This document shows positions 1 to 10,015 of a DNA stretch of 64,000 nt, one piece after another. This DNA comes from a virus (lineage: Duplodnaviria > Caudoviricetes), in IMG/VR virus record IMGVR_UViG_3300046786_000293, positions 256,001 to 320,000 of that record. One strand, given 5' to 3'. The translations under genes were made by a program, and so were the position numbers. Numbering within the stretch: the first letter of the stretch is position 1; every line of letters starts with the position of its first letter. The notes beneath the pieces are model-generated. The model made no database searches, was not told where the DNA came from, and saw nothing but the letters and a program-made list of their open reading frames with translations.

Positions 1-229
1 CAAAGATGCAGACCACACACGTTATAACTTAAACTACGACTATGATAGACAAGAAGCCGCTAAAGCATTGGCTAATGATATGAGCAATGCTCGTAAACCC
101 GATTCAGGTCCAGAGCGTGACGACGCTGTAAAGATTATTCGCTATATGCAACAGAATAGATTGCATACTATTTTAGATTTTGTTAACCACATTGCAGCAA
201 AGTGGAAGTCTATCCAGCAAAAGACTTAA
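1..229 (+). CDS. 3' end of a hypothetical protein (partial, runs off the left edge); only plus-strand gene in the window
   Basis: Open frame from position 2 (KDADHTRYNL...KWKSIQQKT) to TAA at 227-229, converging on the DegT gene. Confidence 0.6.
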   Translation, partial: KDADHTRYNLNYDYDRQEAAKALANDMSNARKPDSGPERDDAVKIIRYMQQNRLHTILDFVNHIAAKWKSIQQKT

Positions 230-1325
230 CAGACTTCACAATATATTCTACTTCAGCGTCTGTTAGTTCGGGATAGATTGGTAAACTGAGACATTCAGTA
301 CAAAACGCACTTGCATTTCTATATAACTCTGACACATAGTTAATGTAAGGATATCCAACTGGATATTCAAACAAAGGTTTTTCGTAATGAATCTTTGTTT
401 CTATTCCGCACAAAGACAAATGATGTTTAAGTTTAGTACGGTCGCTAGTTCTAATCACATACTTGTGCCAAGCATGGACAACATCTTTACTGTGTGTTGG
501 TGTGTCAATTAGTCTACAATCTGCAAGTTCTCGGTTATAGTATTCTGCAATCTCTGTTCTACGTCGTTGCCAAGCATCGAAGTACCTTAACTTGACTAGC
601 ATTTGAGAGCAGTCGGCTTCACTCATTTTGCTGTTAGTACCTGGATAATCGTGATCGTTGGTTTTACCGTTGTCGCGTAAATCTCTTAGTATCTTAGCAT
701 CGTATAAATTATCCACTAGAATCATTCCACCCGACCCATAGTTAGGTAAGTTTTTAGTAGGATCAAAACTTAGTACGCTAACATCCCCCAAACTACCACT
801 AGGTTGACCTTTATAGCTAGCACCAAAACTTTGTGCGGCATCTTCGATTATATATAAATCTTTATTAAAGAACTTGGCTTGCACACTAAATCTATCCCAA
901 TCTACAATGTTGCCAAATAAGTTAACATACATAATGCCATTAACGCCTGTAGCATTCAATGCATAGTCTATACTTTCTAAGTCTATTAGCGCATTGTCAT
1001 CTGTGTCACAGAGTAATGGTGTATTACCATTTAGCAATACGCTATTGATAGTAGCAACAAAACTAATAGTAGGAATAAGAATTTTCGAAGGTTCTTTAAA
1101 TAGCAATTGTTGTGAAAAAATCAAAGCCTGGGTGCAACTATTCACCGCAACTGCATATCGACGATGACAACGTTTTGCTATTTGTCTTTCGAACTCTTCG
1201 GTATAGTTTCCGTCTAATACTTGGCCTGTTGAATACACAACATCACTGGCGTCGAGTAACTCTTCACGCAGGATACTATATTGGCGCTTCAGACCAAAGA
1301 ACGGGATTATAATTTGTTTTGCCAA
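210..1325 (-). CDS. DegT/DnrJ/EryC1/StrS family PLP-dependent sugar aminotransferase
   Basis: AVAVNSCTQAL, IIEDAAQSFGA, LSFDPTKNL(K)..GSGGMI and C-terminal LSLPIYPEL motifs. Confidence 0.93.
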   Translation of the reverse strand: MAKQIIIPFFGLKRQYSILREELLDASDVVYSTGQVLDGNYTEEFERQIAKRCHRRYAVAVNSCTQALIFSQQLLFKEPSKILIPTISFVATINSVLLNGNTPLLCDTDDNALIDLESIDYALNATGVNGIMYVNLFGNIVDWDRFSVQAKFFNKDLYIIEDAAQSFGASYKGQPSGSLGDVSVLSFDPTKNLPNYGSGGMILVDNLYDAKILRDLRDNGKTNDHDYPGTNSKMSEADCSQMLVKLRYFDAWQRRRTEIAEYYNRELADCRLIDTPTHSKDVVHAWHKYVIRTSDRTKLKHHLSLCGIETKIHYEKPLFEYPVGYPYINYVSELYRNASAFCTECLSLPIYPELTDAEVEYIVKSVKSFAG

Positions 1326-2269
1326 AACGGATCGTTCTTAAACCAGTTATAGTAACGTTGAAATCCTTCTTCAACGTCCACCTTTGGATCAAATCTAAAG
1401 TCTCGACGGGCGGCATCGATGTTTAATGCACCACGACTTGGAAAGTCTGCATCTTTGTCGCGAACTTCGATTCTGCCACGTCCTGCAATTTTAACTGCGA
1501 GGTTGGCAGCATCTAATAGACTGTAACTGTGACTCTTAGTTATGTTATAGGTTTTATTATTTGCATCAGCGCTAAGTGCAGCCTGTGTAATACCACGTGC
1601 GGCATCTTCTACATATGTAAAGTCGAGGGTCTCTCCTGCACCGTTAACTTTGAGAGTTTGATCCCGCATAGCCGCAAGCATAAATTTCGACACCACGCGA
1701 TCCTCCACGTCCAGTTCTCCGTAAACAGCACTAGGACGAATGATAGTGTAATCAAAACACCCACGACGATGATAATCTTTAACAAGATGTTCTCCCATTA
1801 GTTTCATAATACCATATTGACCTTGCGGATTACAAATAGCATCTTCTTTTACGTCGTCAGTGAAGTCTCCGTATACCATACTACTACTAATGTACACAAA
1901 CTTTTTTACATGATTAATTTTGCTAGCCTCTAGTAGATTAATTAGTCCAGTACTCATAACTTCACTACCCCACGCAGGATTGCCGCTTACTACCTTCTGT
2001 CGGGGGAAACTAGCCAAGTGAATAACTAGGTCTGGGTGAAAGGTAATGAACATATTATTCAGAGCTTTCGGGTCCCTGATATCTACTCTATGTACAACAG
2101 CCCTAAACTTTTTGCATCTTTCTTTGAATAGATATTCTATTTCGTCAAGCGGAACAAATCCGTAGTTAGTTGTATTATCTACAATGAAACATTGATGTCC
2201 TTGTTCTTCTAACATACGAACAACATTGTGACCAATAAAACCGGCGCCTCCGGTTACTAAAATATTCAT
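1307..2269 (-). CDS. NAD-dependent nucleotide-sugar epimerase/dehydratase (extended SDR)
   Basis: N-terminal ILVTGGAGFIG, YxxxK (YGIMK), RPSAVYG, DFTYVED. Confidence 0.93.
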   Translation of the reverse strand: MNILVTGGAGFIGHNVVRMLEEQGHQCFIVDNTTNYGFVPLDEIEYLFKERCKKFRAVVHRVDIRDPKALNNMFITFHPDLVIHLASFPRQKVVSGNPAWGSEVMSTGLINLLEASKINHVKKFVYISSSMVYGDFTDDVKEDAICNPQGQYGIMKLMGEHLVKDYHRRGCFDYTIIRPSAVYGELDVEDRVVSKFMLAAMRDQTLKVNGAGETLDFTYVEDAARGITQAALSADANNKTYNITKSHSYSLLDAANLAVKIAGRGRIEVRDKDADFPSRGALNIDAARRDFRFDPKVDVEEGFQRYYNWFKNDPFWQNKL

Positions 2270-2508
2270 TTAATTCCCCATTTTAATGTAAAATATGTTG
2301 CGTCTTCTTCTCGTAAGTCTGCAGTGATAACTACCCGCACTCCATATCTTGAAATATCCCAGCCCGTATTCCAAACTGGCGGAGTTATGGCCCGATCCAT
2401 AACCCATTGTCCTTGCTCACTCTTTTCCCATTTATACAACGGATCGGCAATATAAACTTCGATGTCATCTACATCGCCCATATAAAATTCGTGTACGGCG
2501 ATCTTCAA
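2266..2508 (-). CDS. Small hypothetical protein of the 'E-x-DA-x-x-F-x-L-x-W' C-terminal family
   Basis: Ends [16 protein letters not shown]; overlaps both neighbours by 4 nt. Confidence 0.7.
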   Translation of the reverse strand: MKIAVHEFYMGDVDDIEVYIADPLYKWEKSEQGQWVMDRAITPPVWNTGWDISRYGVRVVITADLREEDATYFTLKWGIK

Positions 2509-3416
2509 ACCGCCATCTCCGCTTTAATTGTACTATGACTTTGATAATTGATTAATTCAATGTCTGCCATAGTAAACTTATTAATATCTGTAATATTTTG
2601 ATTAAGCTGAAGTTGTGGACCAGATAAGGGTTCACGTGATAATTGCTCTTTTACCTGCTCTACATGATTTAGATATATGTGTGCATCACCTAATACGTGA
2701 ACGAACTCCCCCACATCCAAATTGCACACTTGAGCTATAAGATGCGTTAGCAAACTGTAGCTTGCGATATTGAAGGGTACACCTAAAAACATGTCACAAC
2801 TTCTTTGATACATCTGACAACTTAGTCGATTGTCTGCAACGTAAAACTGGGCAAAGGTATGACACGGTGGGAGGGCCATGGCTTCTAATTCACCTGGGTT
2901 CCATGCTGATAATATATGTCGTCTTCCGTGCGGGTCCCGTTTAATGCCCTCAATAAGATTCTTTAATTGATCGACTTCTTTAAAATGTACGTAGCCTGAT
3001 CTATGAAACTGGTTTCCAAAATCATCTTTAAATGTTTCTTGCTTATGCTCTATAGGTGTGCGCCATTTGCGCCATTGTACTCCATAGACTCTTCCAAGAT
3101 CTCCTGCATATTTTGCTTGAGGATACCAATAATCTGCCAAAGCGTTACCTGTCCATATAGTTGTCTTGCTACTGTCACGAGTACCATGTAGTATTTCGGC
3201 GAGCCGTCGTTCATCGCCGCTTCCTTCGATAAACCATAAAAGTTCGCTTACAACACTTTTCCAAGCTAGCTTCTTAGTAGTGATAGCAGGAAATTCTTTG
3301 CTTAGATCATAACGTTGTTGCATACCAAACACGCTAATAGTACCCGTACCAGTTCTATCTTGTTTGGTTGTACCATTTTCTAATACGTACTTTAATGCGT
3401 CTAAGTATTGTTTCAT
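2505..3416 (-). CDS. thyA: Thymidylate synthase ThyA
   Basis: [28 protein letters not shown] (catalytic Cys), [24 protein letters not shown]. Confidence 0.97.
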   Translation of the reverse strand: MKQYLDALKYVLENGTTKQDRTGTGTISVFGMQQRYDLSKEFPAITTKKLAWKSVVSELLWFIEGSGDERRLAEILHGTRDSSKTTIWTGNALADYWYPQAKYAGDLGRVYGVQWRKWRTPIEHKQETFKDDFGNQFHRSGYVHFKEVDQLKNLIEGIKRDPHGRRHILSAWNPGELEAMALPPCHTFAQFYVADNRLSCQMYQRSCDMFLGVPFNIASYSLLTHLIAQVCNLDVGEFVHVLGDAHIYLNHVEQVKEQLSREPLSGPQLQLNQNITDINKFTMADIELINYQSHSTIKAEMAV

Positions 3417-4153
3417 AATGATAATTTATTTTTAATATAATTAAATAGAATTCGGTGACCGTACCTATTAGGGTGAACGCCATCCGGATGAAATATTTCT
3501 TCTTTACTTATTATACTATTTTCTTTATGTTTGTATAGTTCTTTGACTATTTTTGTTTGCAATGCGTAATCGTATAAATTTAAATTTATATCGTTTATCG
3601 TCCAATCGGGATTTAACACTATAGATTCTTCGTTTAATCTTTTGTATTCTGCCATATGTCCAACTAGCATATGACTAAACGAAGAAACCAATGGTATTAG
3701 GTATTCGAATTGTCTAATTAGTGTTAAGTTGATGTTACATAATCCACCTATCACATACACAACAGTATTATATTCTTGTGCAATAATATTTAATTTATTA
3801 TAGTCAGTTCTAATTAAATCTAGAATTAAATTTTCTATACCGTCTGCATTTTGAATTGCTGTGGTTAAGATATGTTTGTTATATTCGAATAGCTGCAATC
3901 GTAAATTACGTATTGGATCAGTTTGAAAGATAAAAATATAATCTTCTGAGTTAAAATGTTCTATTAGATTTGTCAACAATCTATCAATAGCCGAAGCATT
4001 ACTACTACCCCCTTCAGAAGAATTGAATACTTCATATCCAGCTTCGATAAAGTATTGTTCTAATCCTTTATGTGAGATTCTCCTACCGGTGTGGTCTCTT
4101 GTCCATTCTCCGCATCCCCAGCTATCACCAGTGATAAAGATTTTATGCGACAT
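3413..4153 (-). CDS. SGNH/GDSL hydrolase-like protein
   Basis: ITGDSW block I and PDGVHPN (DxxH) at the C-terminus. Confidence 0.75.
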   Translation of the reverse strand: MSHKIFITGDSWGCGEWTRDHTGRRISHKGLEQYFIEAGYEVFNSSEGGSSNASAIDRLLTNLIEHFNSEDYIFIFQTDPIRNLRLQLFEYNKHILTTAIQNADGIENLILDLIRTDYNKLNIIAQEYNTVVYVIGGLCNINLTLIRQFEYLIPLVSSFSHMLVGHMAEYKRLNEESIVLNPDWTINDINLNLYDYALQTKIVKELYKHKENSIISKEEIFHPDGVHPNRYGHRILFNYIKNKLSL

Positions 4154-4155
4154 GT

Positions 4156-4662
4156 TTACCGTGTGAAAGGGTCAATGTTTTTATAAGTCATCCATGTACA
4201 TTTCCTATCCGTACTAGGACCTGCACTACGTGCTTGGAAAAAACTTAAATATTTTTTTAGATCGATTTGGACATCAGTTCGAAATTGTCCTTTGAAATGT
4301 GTAATATGTACTTCGTCTACTAAATCTCGAGTTGACATTAAAATTTCTGGCCCACCGATAATCCAAATAGTTTTCGTTGGATTATTTTCTGCAATAACTT
4401 TTATAGAGGAAGATATATCACCGCGGATAGTACGAACACCATCGTATCCAAATAATGGTCTATTAGTAACTACGTAAGTAGTCCTATTAGGTAATGGCTT
4501 AGGCATCTTGGGATCATCCCAAGTTTTCCTGCCCATTATTACTATATCGCCTTGTGTTTGTTCTTTGAAATACTGTAGATCTTCAGAGTGATGGGGCCAA
4601 GGCAATGAACCTTTAAGCCCCATTCCACCCCAATGATCTACGGCAAATATTGCCTTAATCAT
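4156..4662 (-). CDS. folA: Dihydrofolate reductase
   Basis: GMGLKGSLPWP, DLQYFK, IVIMGRKTW, PLPNR, WIIGG. Confidence 0.95.
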   Translation of the reverse strand: MIKAIFAVDHWGGMGLKGSLPWPHHSEDLQYFKEQTQGDIVIMGRKTWDDPKMPKPLPNRTTYVVTNRPLFGYDGVRTIRGDISSSIKVIAENNPTKTIWIIGGPEILMSTRDLVDEVHITHFKGQFRTDVQIDLKKYLSFFQARSAGPSTDRKCTWMTYKNIDPFTR

Positions 4663-4997
4663 AATTTACTTAATAACTTATCTGTTTCTGGCTGAACAGT
4701 TTTCTCTACTGCATCAATGTCTACAAAGAAATCTATATTGTCTATATACATATCTAATTCATCGAGTCTCGAATTAACATGTGTTTCTAATTCATCGGGG
4801 TCCGTACCTTCTGCTAAAATTCTCTTAATGTCTATTTGCACAATAGTTCCATCTTTAAGATGGACCATTAATTTTTCTAACACATGAATCGGGACTTCGT
4901 CTTTGTCTACGTCTTTAAGTATATTTTTCCAAGTTGACTTTGAATTAATATTAAGCCGTTTTGACTTTGGCTGTTTTTTTGGTTTTTGTTCCGCCAT
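4659..4997 (-). CDS. Hypothetical protein
   Basis: 112-aa ORF in the co-oriented operon; acidic C-terminal half. Confidence 0.65.
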   Translation of the reverse strand: MAEQKPKKQPKSKRLNINSKSTWKNILKDVDKDEVPIHVLEKLMVHLKDGTIVQIDIKRILAEGTDPDELETHVNSRLDELDMYIDNIDFFVDIDAVEKTVQPETDKLLSKL

Positions 4998-5640
4998 TTT
5001 CTTTTACTGCACCGTTAAGTTCTGAGGCTTCTTTCATTAGCCTATCTGCTTCTGCTAGCAATTGCTTGGCTTCGGCGGCCATCTTCTGAGCTTGTGCCAT
5101 ACGTTGTGTGGCCATCTGCTCATCTGAAAGTACTTCATTAATACTTATCGTATTTGAAACTTCTACAGGTGTACTGCGACTATTTCGTGGAGTACGAACT
5201 TCATTGATGTCTCTTCCTTCTGCAGGGCGACGTCTCTTGCCAGTCATACCAGCTCCAGCGTCTAATTCGGCCATTTCCTTAACTGCTTCTTCACCTAATT
5301 CCATCTTATTAAGAATTTCGTTTAGTTCATCTAGACGAACTGTACTCTTAGCATTAGGTGTAATGATAACTTGGTTCGTTGGAACTTTTTTAATCATGTT
5401 TTCACGATGTAATGTTTCCAACGCATTAGTACCATCTTGCATAGTAAATCTAAACAAGTAGTCGGCAAGATCTTTTGCTTGTTGCCCAGATTCGGACTCT
5501 AATGCTGCCATGATATCATCATGAATATGGCGGGGAAGTGTCTCAGGGTATAGTAATAGACACATGTGGTCTTCGCCAGGTACTTTTCTAAAAAGCAAAA
5601 CAACTTTCTTATTGCCGTGCTTGCCTACGTGTTTGATCAT
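4951..5640 (-). CDS. Hypothetical protein
   Basis: 229-aa ORF, ATGA-coupled to the upstream gene; C-terminal coiled coil. Confidence 0.7.
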   Translation of the reverse strand: MIKHVGKHGNKKVVLLFRKVPGEDHMCLLLYPETLPRHIHDDIMAALESESGQQAKDLADYLFRFTMQDGTNALETLHRENMIKKVPTNQVIITPNAKSTVRLDELNEILNKMELGEEAVKEMAELDAGAGMTGKRRRPAEGRDINEVRTPRNSRSTPVEVSNTISINEVLSDEQMATQRMAQAQKMAAEAKQLLAEADRLMKEASELNGAVKENGGTKTKKTAKVKTA

Positions 5641-5876
5641 TGAGGATCTCCTTGGGGTTGTTGTCCTTCAGCCGCGGCAGGCTGTTGGGGCTGTATAACA
5701 CCACTGGCTAGCAAGAAATTAAAAATTCTTTCGTAGCAAGGGCCGATGGTTGTGAATTCTTCAGGCTTGAATGCGCCACGACTAGAAGCTAAATTTAAAG
5801 TTTCTAGTACTACAACTAAATCAGATAGATTTAACTGTGGTTGATTCTGTGGCTGTTCTTTTGCTTGGTCTGACAT
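5637..5876 (-). CDS. Small hypothetical protein
   Basis: 79 aa, GGAG RBS, downstream of a TAAATA motif. Confidence 0.7.
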   Translation of the reverse strand: MSDQAKEQPQNQPQLNLSDLVVVLETLNLASSRGAFKPEEFTTIGPCYERIFNFLLASGVIQPQQPAAAEGQQPQGDPQ

Positions 5877-5884
5877 ATTTTCTC

Positions 5885-5920
5885 CGATAATACATAAGAT
5901 ATTTACTATGTGTATTATCA
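5885..5920 (-). promoter_or_regulatory. T4-like late promoter TAAATA in the loop of a hairpin adjacent to the RBS
   Basis: Minus strand reads GATAATACACATAG-TAAATA-TCTTATGTATTATC-GGAG; TAAATA at 5900-5905. Confidence 0.6.
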
Positions 5921-5936
5921 GTGAAAATATTTTTCT

Positions 5937-6227
5937 TTAAGTCAAACCCTGTTCCCAAGTATTAATTTTGTCCAAAAAGAGGCTGAAATAACTAGCTTCA
6001 CTATGAACCTCAAAGGCTGCACACTTGCGACTTTTTGTACCTTCGCTGTCGGTAAAGATGTAGTCACCGAAATAAAATCTACCATCTAAATGTTCGTAGA
6101 TCCAATCGGTTATTCTTTTTTCGGACGTTGCTAGATCAAACGGCACTATTGCAAAGTGCGGCGGACAATGAACCATTTGTCTTATACCGAATACATTCAA
6201 AGGATTAATTTCACCGTGTTTAAGCAT
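5937..6227 (-). CDS. Hypothetical protein, related to the small 'W..G...F...EA..F.L' family
   Basis: ITDWIYEHLDG...AAFEVHSEASYFSLF. Confidence 0.7.
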   Translation of the reverse strand: MLKHGEINPLNVFGIRQMVHCPPHFAIVPFDLATSEKRITDWIYEHLDGRFYFGDYIFTDSEGTKSRKCAAFEVHSEASYFSLFLDKINTWEQGLT

Positions 6228-6316
6228 TATTTAAATTGATTTAAAAAATAGTCAATTAGCCAAGCAATCAAACTTATTACTACAATAAAAAATATACATA
6301 GAATTAGGTACTCCAT
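6227..6316 (-). CDS. 29-aa single-TM micro-protein (not in ORF track)
   Basis: MEYLILCIFFIVVISLIAWLIDYFLNQFK*; TAATG overlap with the next gene. Confidence 0.55.
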   Translation of the reverse strand: MEYLILCIFFIVVISLIAWLIDYFLNQFK

Positions 6317-6390
6317 TTTACGGATTTTCCTTTCTTCCATTGGCGATAGCACCACTTTATATACAACCAACGCTCGCCTTTGAGTTCCAT
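6304..6390 (-). CDS. 28-aa basic, Trp-rich micro-protein (not in ORF track)
   Basis: MELKGERWLYIKWCYRQWKKGKSVKWST*; fills the gap between neighbours. Confidence 0.4.
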   Translation of the reverse strand: MELKGERWLYIKWCYRQWKKGKSVKWST

Positions 6391-6403
6391 AAATTTTTTA
6401 ATA

Positions 6404-6877
6404 TTAAACATTGTCGCCTTCCTTAGTTAATTCGCACACCATTAGAAATTGTTCAAATGCCAACTTAACAGTATCATATTTCATAAGTTTTTCAGCTTCG
6501 GCTTGCATAGCCGCAATACCTGCTTCGGCAACATCGTGAGCACTTTTCCAATGTAAAAATCTTGCTCGTTCGCCAAATACTTTAACAAGTTGTTCCCATG
6601 CTTCTTTTTGCTCGTTGGTAAGAGGAGTCTCGGAATTTTCTTCTCTGCGAATCTCCGAAGCCTCTTGTACAGCCCGAGTCATAGCATCTTCGGCAATACG
6701 TCCAGCGGCAATCAATGCGGCAAAGTTTGGTTCTACGTTATAACGAGTAGATTTGCCACCGGGATACACGCTGATTAAGTGATTGCCTTTGGGTAATGCA
6801 TCTAATAATGCGTAGTCATACTCGTATACCGGTTTGTATCTACGCCCAACTTTTTCATAAAAAATCTTCTTGGTCAT
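6404..6877 (-). CDS. Hypothetical protein
   Basis: 157-aa ORF in the operon. Confidence 0.7.
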   Translation of the reverse strand: MTKKIFYEKVGRRYKPVYEYDYALLDALPKGNHLISVYPGGKSTRYNVEPNFAALIAAGRIAEDAMTRAVQEASEIRREENSETPLTNEQKEAWEQLVKVFGERARFLHWKSAHDVAEAGIAAMQAEAEKLMKYDTVKLAFEQFLMVCELTKEGDNV

Positions 6878-7154
6878 TTTTTAAACCGTTACTATGTCTA
6901 TCTGTTTCTCGTTCAACGTCTTGAAATAGACGTTTTTCTTGTGCTGTAAGTTTGTCTTTGCCGCCGCTATGTCTCGGATTACCGCATAAGAAGCATTCAG
7001 GATTACCGCAATCCATTGCATGTTTCTTATGTAAACGATGCGGATCTTTGACCGGAGCTCCGTGTTCTTTTGCAATTTTGGCTTGTCTTTTTACTGCGGT
7101 TTCGTCAGCGTGTCTACGCTTACTGTTTTTGATTTTTGCGTCTTGGTTGCTCAT
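6855..7154 (-). CDS. Hypothetical basic protein with a CxxxxCxxC putative Zn motif
   Basis: HAMDCGNPECFLCGNPRH. Confidence 0.7.
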   Translation of the reverse strand: MSNQDAKIKNSKRRHADETAVKRQAKIAKEHGAPVKDPHRLHKKHAMDCGNPECFLCGNPRHSGGKDKLTAQEKRLFQDVERETDRHSNGLKNDQEDFL

Positions 7155-7186
7155 CGAAATTCCTTAACTGCAATGTATTTAATGTA

Positions 7187-7429
7187 TTATAACACATTGA
7201 TCTTTTGTTGCAAAGCAAAAAAGGTTGCCGGAATTGAATCCACACAGTCTTTACGAATCCAAATTTCACCGCGCGGTAAAGTAAACCAAGGACGCTCTTG
7301 TAACTTTTGAGTTGTATTATTGTCTCCTAAGTACTGGCGACACAATTCAACTTCGGGCCAAGTTTTAGAATCGAAGTCCCAATTTATAGCTACTTTGAAA
7401 CAAAGGTGTGTTTGTTCGTAGAGTTTCAT
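7187..7429 (-). CDS. Small hypothetical protein, last gene of the tandem array
   Basis: MKLYEQTH...ELCRQYLG...WIRKDCVDSIPATFFALQ; ATGA coupling at 7426-7429. Confidence 0.6.
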   Translation of the reverse strand: MKLYEQTHLCFKVAINWDFDSKTWPEVELCRQYLGDNNTTQKLQERPWFTLPRGEIWIRKDCVDSIPATFFALQQKINVL

Positions 7430-7581
7430 GACCAACCCAACATAAACATTAGTGCTTCGGCTTCTGTGTCAAAATCGTTATAGACCGTACCACGAGTACC
7501 GTAAGTTGATGTAAAGAACAAGGTAGCACGCCACATACCATCTATTTCTTCGATCTCCCAGTGACTTTCTTTGTATCTCAT
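7426..7581 (-). CDS. 51-aa array member (not in ORF track)
   Basis: MRYKESHWEIEEIDGMWRATLFFTSTYGTRGTVYNDFDTEAEALMFMLGWS*; ATGA overlaps at both ends. Confidence 0.7.
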   Translation of the reverse strand: MRYKESHWEIEEIDGMWRATLFFTSTYGTRGTVYNDFDTEAEALMFMLGWS

Positions 7582-7835
7582 GACCACCTTAACTTACACA
7601 GTAGTGCATCGTTTTCATTAATGAACCAAACACTTTTCAAAAACATTTTGTAAACGTGCGGGTCAAATGTTGCCTGGCACCATTCTGCGATTTTGGTATA
7701 TTTGTTTTCCTCTGACGGCAGGTAAATGGCACTTGCGTATTCTGCACCTTTGTGCCAACCCATGTCCGGTGCCTCGTAAGGATGCATAGGTACCCTAACC
7801 TTCTTGCCGTCAATGTAAATCCACAATTCGGTCAT
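7578..7835 (-). CDS. Small array-family protein
   Basis: IAEWCQATF...WFINENDALLCKLRWS. Confidence 0.75.
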   Translation of the reverse strand: MTELWIYIDGKKVRVPMHPYEAPDMGWHKGAEYASAIYLPSEENKYTKIAEWCQATFDPHVYKMFLKSVWFINENDALLCKLRWS

Positions 7836-8185
7836 TTCATTAACTCTTTAATCATGTTGTATTGATCAACAGCCTCCTGAACTTTCTTCCAGGCATCTTC
7901 TAAGGTTACATTGTGTGTTTGTTTTAGTTTACGCAAAGTAACACTGGGAGGATCTTCCTCGACCCAATCATCGGGTGTAGCATCAGTCCAGTAATAAACT
8001 ATAGCATAATGACTATCATCACTTTTGTAGTCACGCCATTCATTCTTTTTCTTATCGTAATAGAGATAATCGTGGTCACTGTCGCCGTCGGCCTTGCCAC
8101 CCATACCCCATCCGCGATAGGATAGATAGTATCCCGATGTATCGGGTTGACGTTCTTCTGTTCGATACCAAATACTTGTTCTCAT
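7832..8185 (-). CDS. Hypothetical protein
   Basis: 117 aa, aromatic-rich N-terminal domain (WYRTEERQPDTSGYYL). Confidence 0.65.
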   Translation of the reverse strand: MRTSIWYRTEERQPDTSGYYLSYRGWGMGGKADGDSDHDYLYYDKKKNEWRDYKSDDSHYAIVYYWTDATPDDWVEEDPPSVTLRKLKQTHNVTLEDAWKKVQEAVDQYNMIKELMK

Positions 8186-8641
8186 TTATTCAGTCTCCAA
8201 TACATTCCACATACCCAGTTTCTCTCGCAACATTTCGTTTTCTTTTTTAAACTTCTTAAGGTCTTGTTCTGTTTCTTGTTTGATATTGTTAGCAACTACT
8301 ACTTCCTTTTCCATTTCGTGAAGTATTTTGGCAATGTTGCGGGCTCGTAGTTGATCACGCTCTTGAGTCATATCTTCAAATTTACATTCCCAACTGTCAG
8401 ATTCACGTCTATAGAAGTCTACATCGTTTTCAAGTTGTCTGATATAATTACCTGGGCTGTAGCTTTGATAATCGATTTCAAATTCAAAAGTCTTTGGGTC
8501 CATACCTGCTGATACAAGATCAGCATATAGTCCACTGGTATCACGCAACAGCATATTCAGTAGTCGCCGGACAACGGGATCTTCGGACTCGAGATCCAAA
8601 TAGTGCAGAAGTTCTGCGTCTGATAACATAGTATAATTCAT
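8186..8641 (-). CDS. Coiled-coil hypothetical protein
   Basis: Start re-placed at the ATG in the ATGA overlap (MNYTMLSD); heptad-rich C-terminal half. Confidence 0.65.
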   Translation of the reverse strand: MNYTMLSDAELLHYLDLESEDPVVRRLLNMLLRDTSGLYADLVSAGMDPKTFEFEIDYQSYSPGNYIRQLENDVDFYRRESDSWECKFEDMTQERDQLRARNIAKILHEMEKEVVVANNIKQETEQDLKKFKKENEMLREKLGMWNVLETE

Positions 8642-8838
8642 GGCTTTCTCAATTCGAACCACATAGCATCTTCTTCACACTCAAACCATATGGTGTCGCT
8701 ACCATAGTAGAGATAGAATTTTCCTGTACTTTCTTGCAGTTGCAAATCACGTTTAACTGTGAGATAGTTCCACCCACCACGTTGAACACGATGCCAATGT
8801 TGTTCGCGAATGCGTTTATCTTTGTTCCAGTACTTCAT
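8638..8838 (-). CDS. Small array-family protein
   Basis: MKYWNKD...IWFECEEDAMWFELRKP. Confidence 0.75.
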   Translation of the reverse strand: MKYWNKDKRIREQHWHRVQRGGWNYLTVKRDLQLQESTGKFYLYYGSDTIWFECEEDAMWFELRKP

Positions 8839-9083
8839 GACCACCTCAATACAAACCACTCAAGGTCTTCTGCATCCCTAAATCGAGCTTCACCGTAGTA
8901 AATGTCATCTAACCACCTAGCTTGCTGTGTGTCAGAATTAAAGCCCGACGGGCCAAATGTCTCGTAACACCATGCACCAATGTCATAATAGTATTTCGGG
9001 GCGGTAAATGCCGCAACGTGCCATGGCCCGCCACCTGAACCATCTACATCCTTCTTTAGCTGATATGTGTGAATAAACATCAT
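8835..9083 (-). CDS. Small array-family protein
   Basis: IGAWCYETFG...RFRDAEDLEWFVLRWS. Confidence 0.75.
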   Translation of the reverse strand: MMFIHTYQLKKDVDGSGGGPWHVAAFTAPKYYYDIGAWCYETFGPSGFNSDTQQARWLDDIYYGEARFRDAEDLEWFVLRWS

Positions 9084-9295
9084 GCCCACTTCAACAAAAA
9101 TGCTGAATAACTTGCCTCGGCGGGAAATTTAACGATCATTTGGTGTCTTGGATTGATGTCCTGGTAAACTTTGATAGCACCGTAGTCACGCTCCAGCATT
9201 TCCCAAATGCTCATGCCCACAACATCGTAGCCGCCAGCATTGTCCCAATACCAGTTGGCCAGTTTCTTCCACTGCGGTTGTATATCTGCTATCAT
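9080..9295 (-). CDS. Small array-family protein
   Basis: MIADIQP...VKFPAEASYSAFLLKWA. Confidence 0.75.
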   Translation of the reverse strand: MIADIQPQWKKLANWYWDNAGGYDVVGMSIWEMLERDYGAIKVYQDINPRHQMIVKFPAEASYSAFLLKWA

Positions 9296-9594
9296 GCCCA
9301 CCTCAATGTAAACATTATAGCATCTTTTTCAGTTTCAAACCAGAAATTATTACCATTCCAAGCATAACTATCTTTACCAAAGTGTTCTACACACCATATG
9401 TGCATTTCTCGCCAATGCCCTGACCATTCAGCCAATCGGGGATTTACCATATAGTAACCACCACTACGAAACACCGAAGTCCAATCTGGTATTTCTGGCG
9501 GCACTATTTTTAGTAAAACTTCTGCGGCTGTTTGACGATTATACCGCTCACGGTGTTCGGTTCTTCGCTCTATGATAAATTCATGAATGTTCAT
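9292..9594 (-). CDS. Small array-family protein
   Basis: MHIWCVEHFG...FWFETEKDAIMFTLRWA. Confidence 0.75.
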   Translation of the reverse strand: MNIHEFIIERRTEHRERYNRQTAAEVLLKIVPPEIPDWTSVFRSGGYYMVNPRLAEWSGHWREMHIWCVEHFGKDSYAWNGNNFWFETEKDAIMFTLRWA

Positions 9595-9791
9595 TCCCAC
9601 CTCAGTGCAAACCATTCGGCATTACTTTTAACTTGAAATACATATCCACCATAACCCGATGACAGTAAAAAATGTTCTACGTGGTTTTCTTTCATCCACC
9701 CAATGAGGTCAAGCCAATCTTGAAACGATCTGACTCTATAAACCGGATAGTCGTTCCATCCAGAATACCCTGAGCGTTCTACTACTTTCAT
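9591..9791 (-). CDS. Small array-family protein
   Basis: LIGWMKEN...FQVKSNAEWFALRWE. Confidence 0.75.
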   Translation of the reverse strand: MKVVERSGYSGWNDYPVYRVRSFQDWLDLIGWMKENHVEHFLLSSGYGGYVFQVKSNAEWFALRWE

Positions 9792-10015
9792 GCCCACCTC
9801 AACACAAACAACAGTAACTCGTCGTCGGGGAAATCATCGGGAAATACTAAGTTATCGAAGTCCATTGGAACTAAGAATCCAAATTGCTTTAGCCATTTGA
9901 TATAATCGTTAAATCTGAAATGATCATTATCGTCAAATACGTTTGGTGTACCGCACTGGCGGTGGTATTCTGCTACAATATTTTGTAGATAGGGACGTTG
10001 TGGGATAGTTTTCAT
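9788..10015 (-). CDS. Small array-family protein
   Basis: YIKWLKQFG...FPDDELLLFVLRWA. Confidence 0.75.
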   Translation of the reverse strand: MKTIPQRPYLQNIVAEYHRQCGTPNVFDDNDHFRFNDYIKWLKQFGFLVPMDFDNLVFPDDFPDDELLLFVLRWA

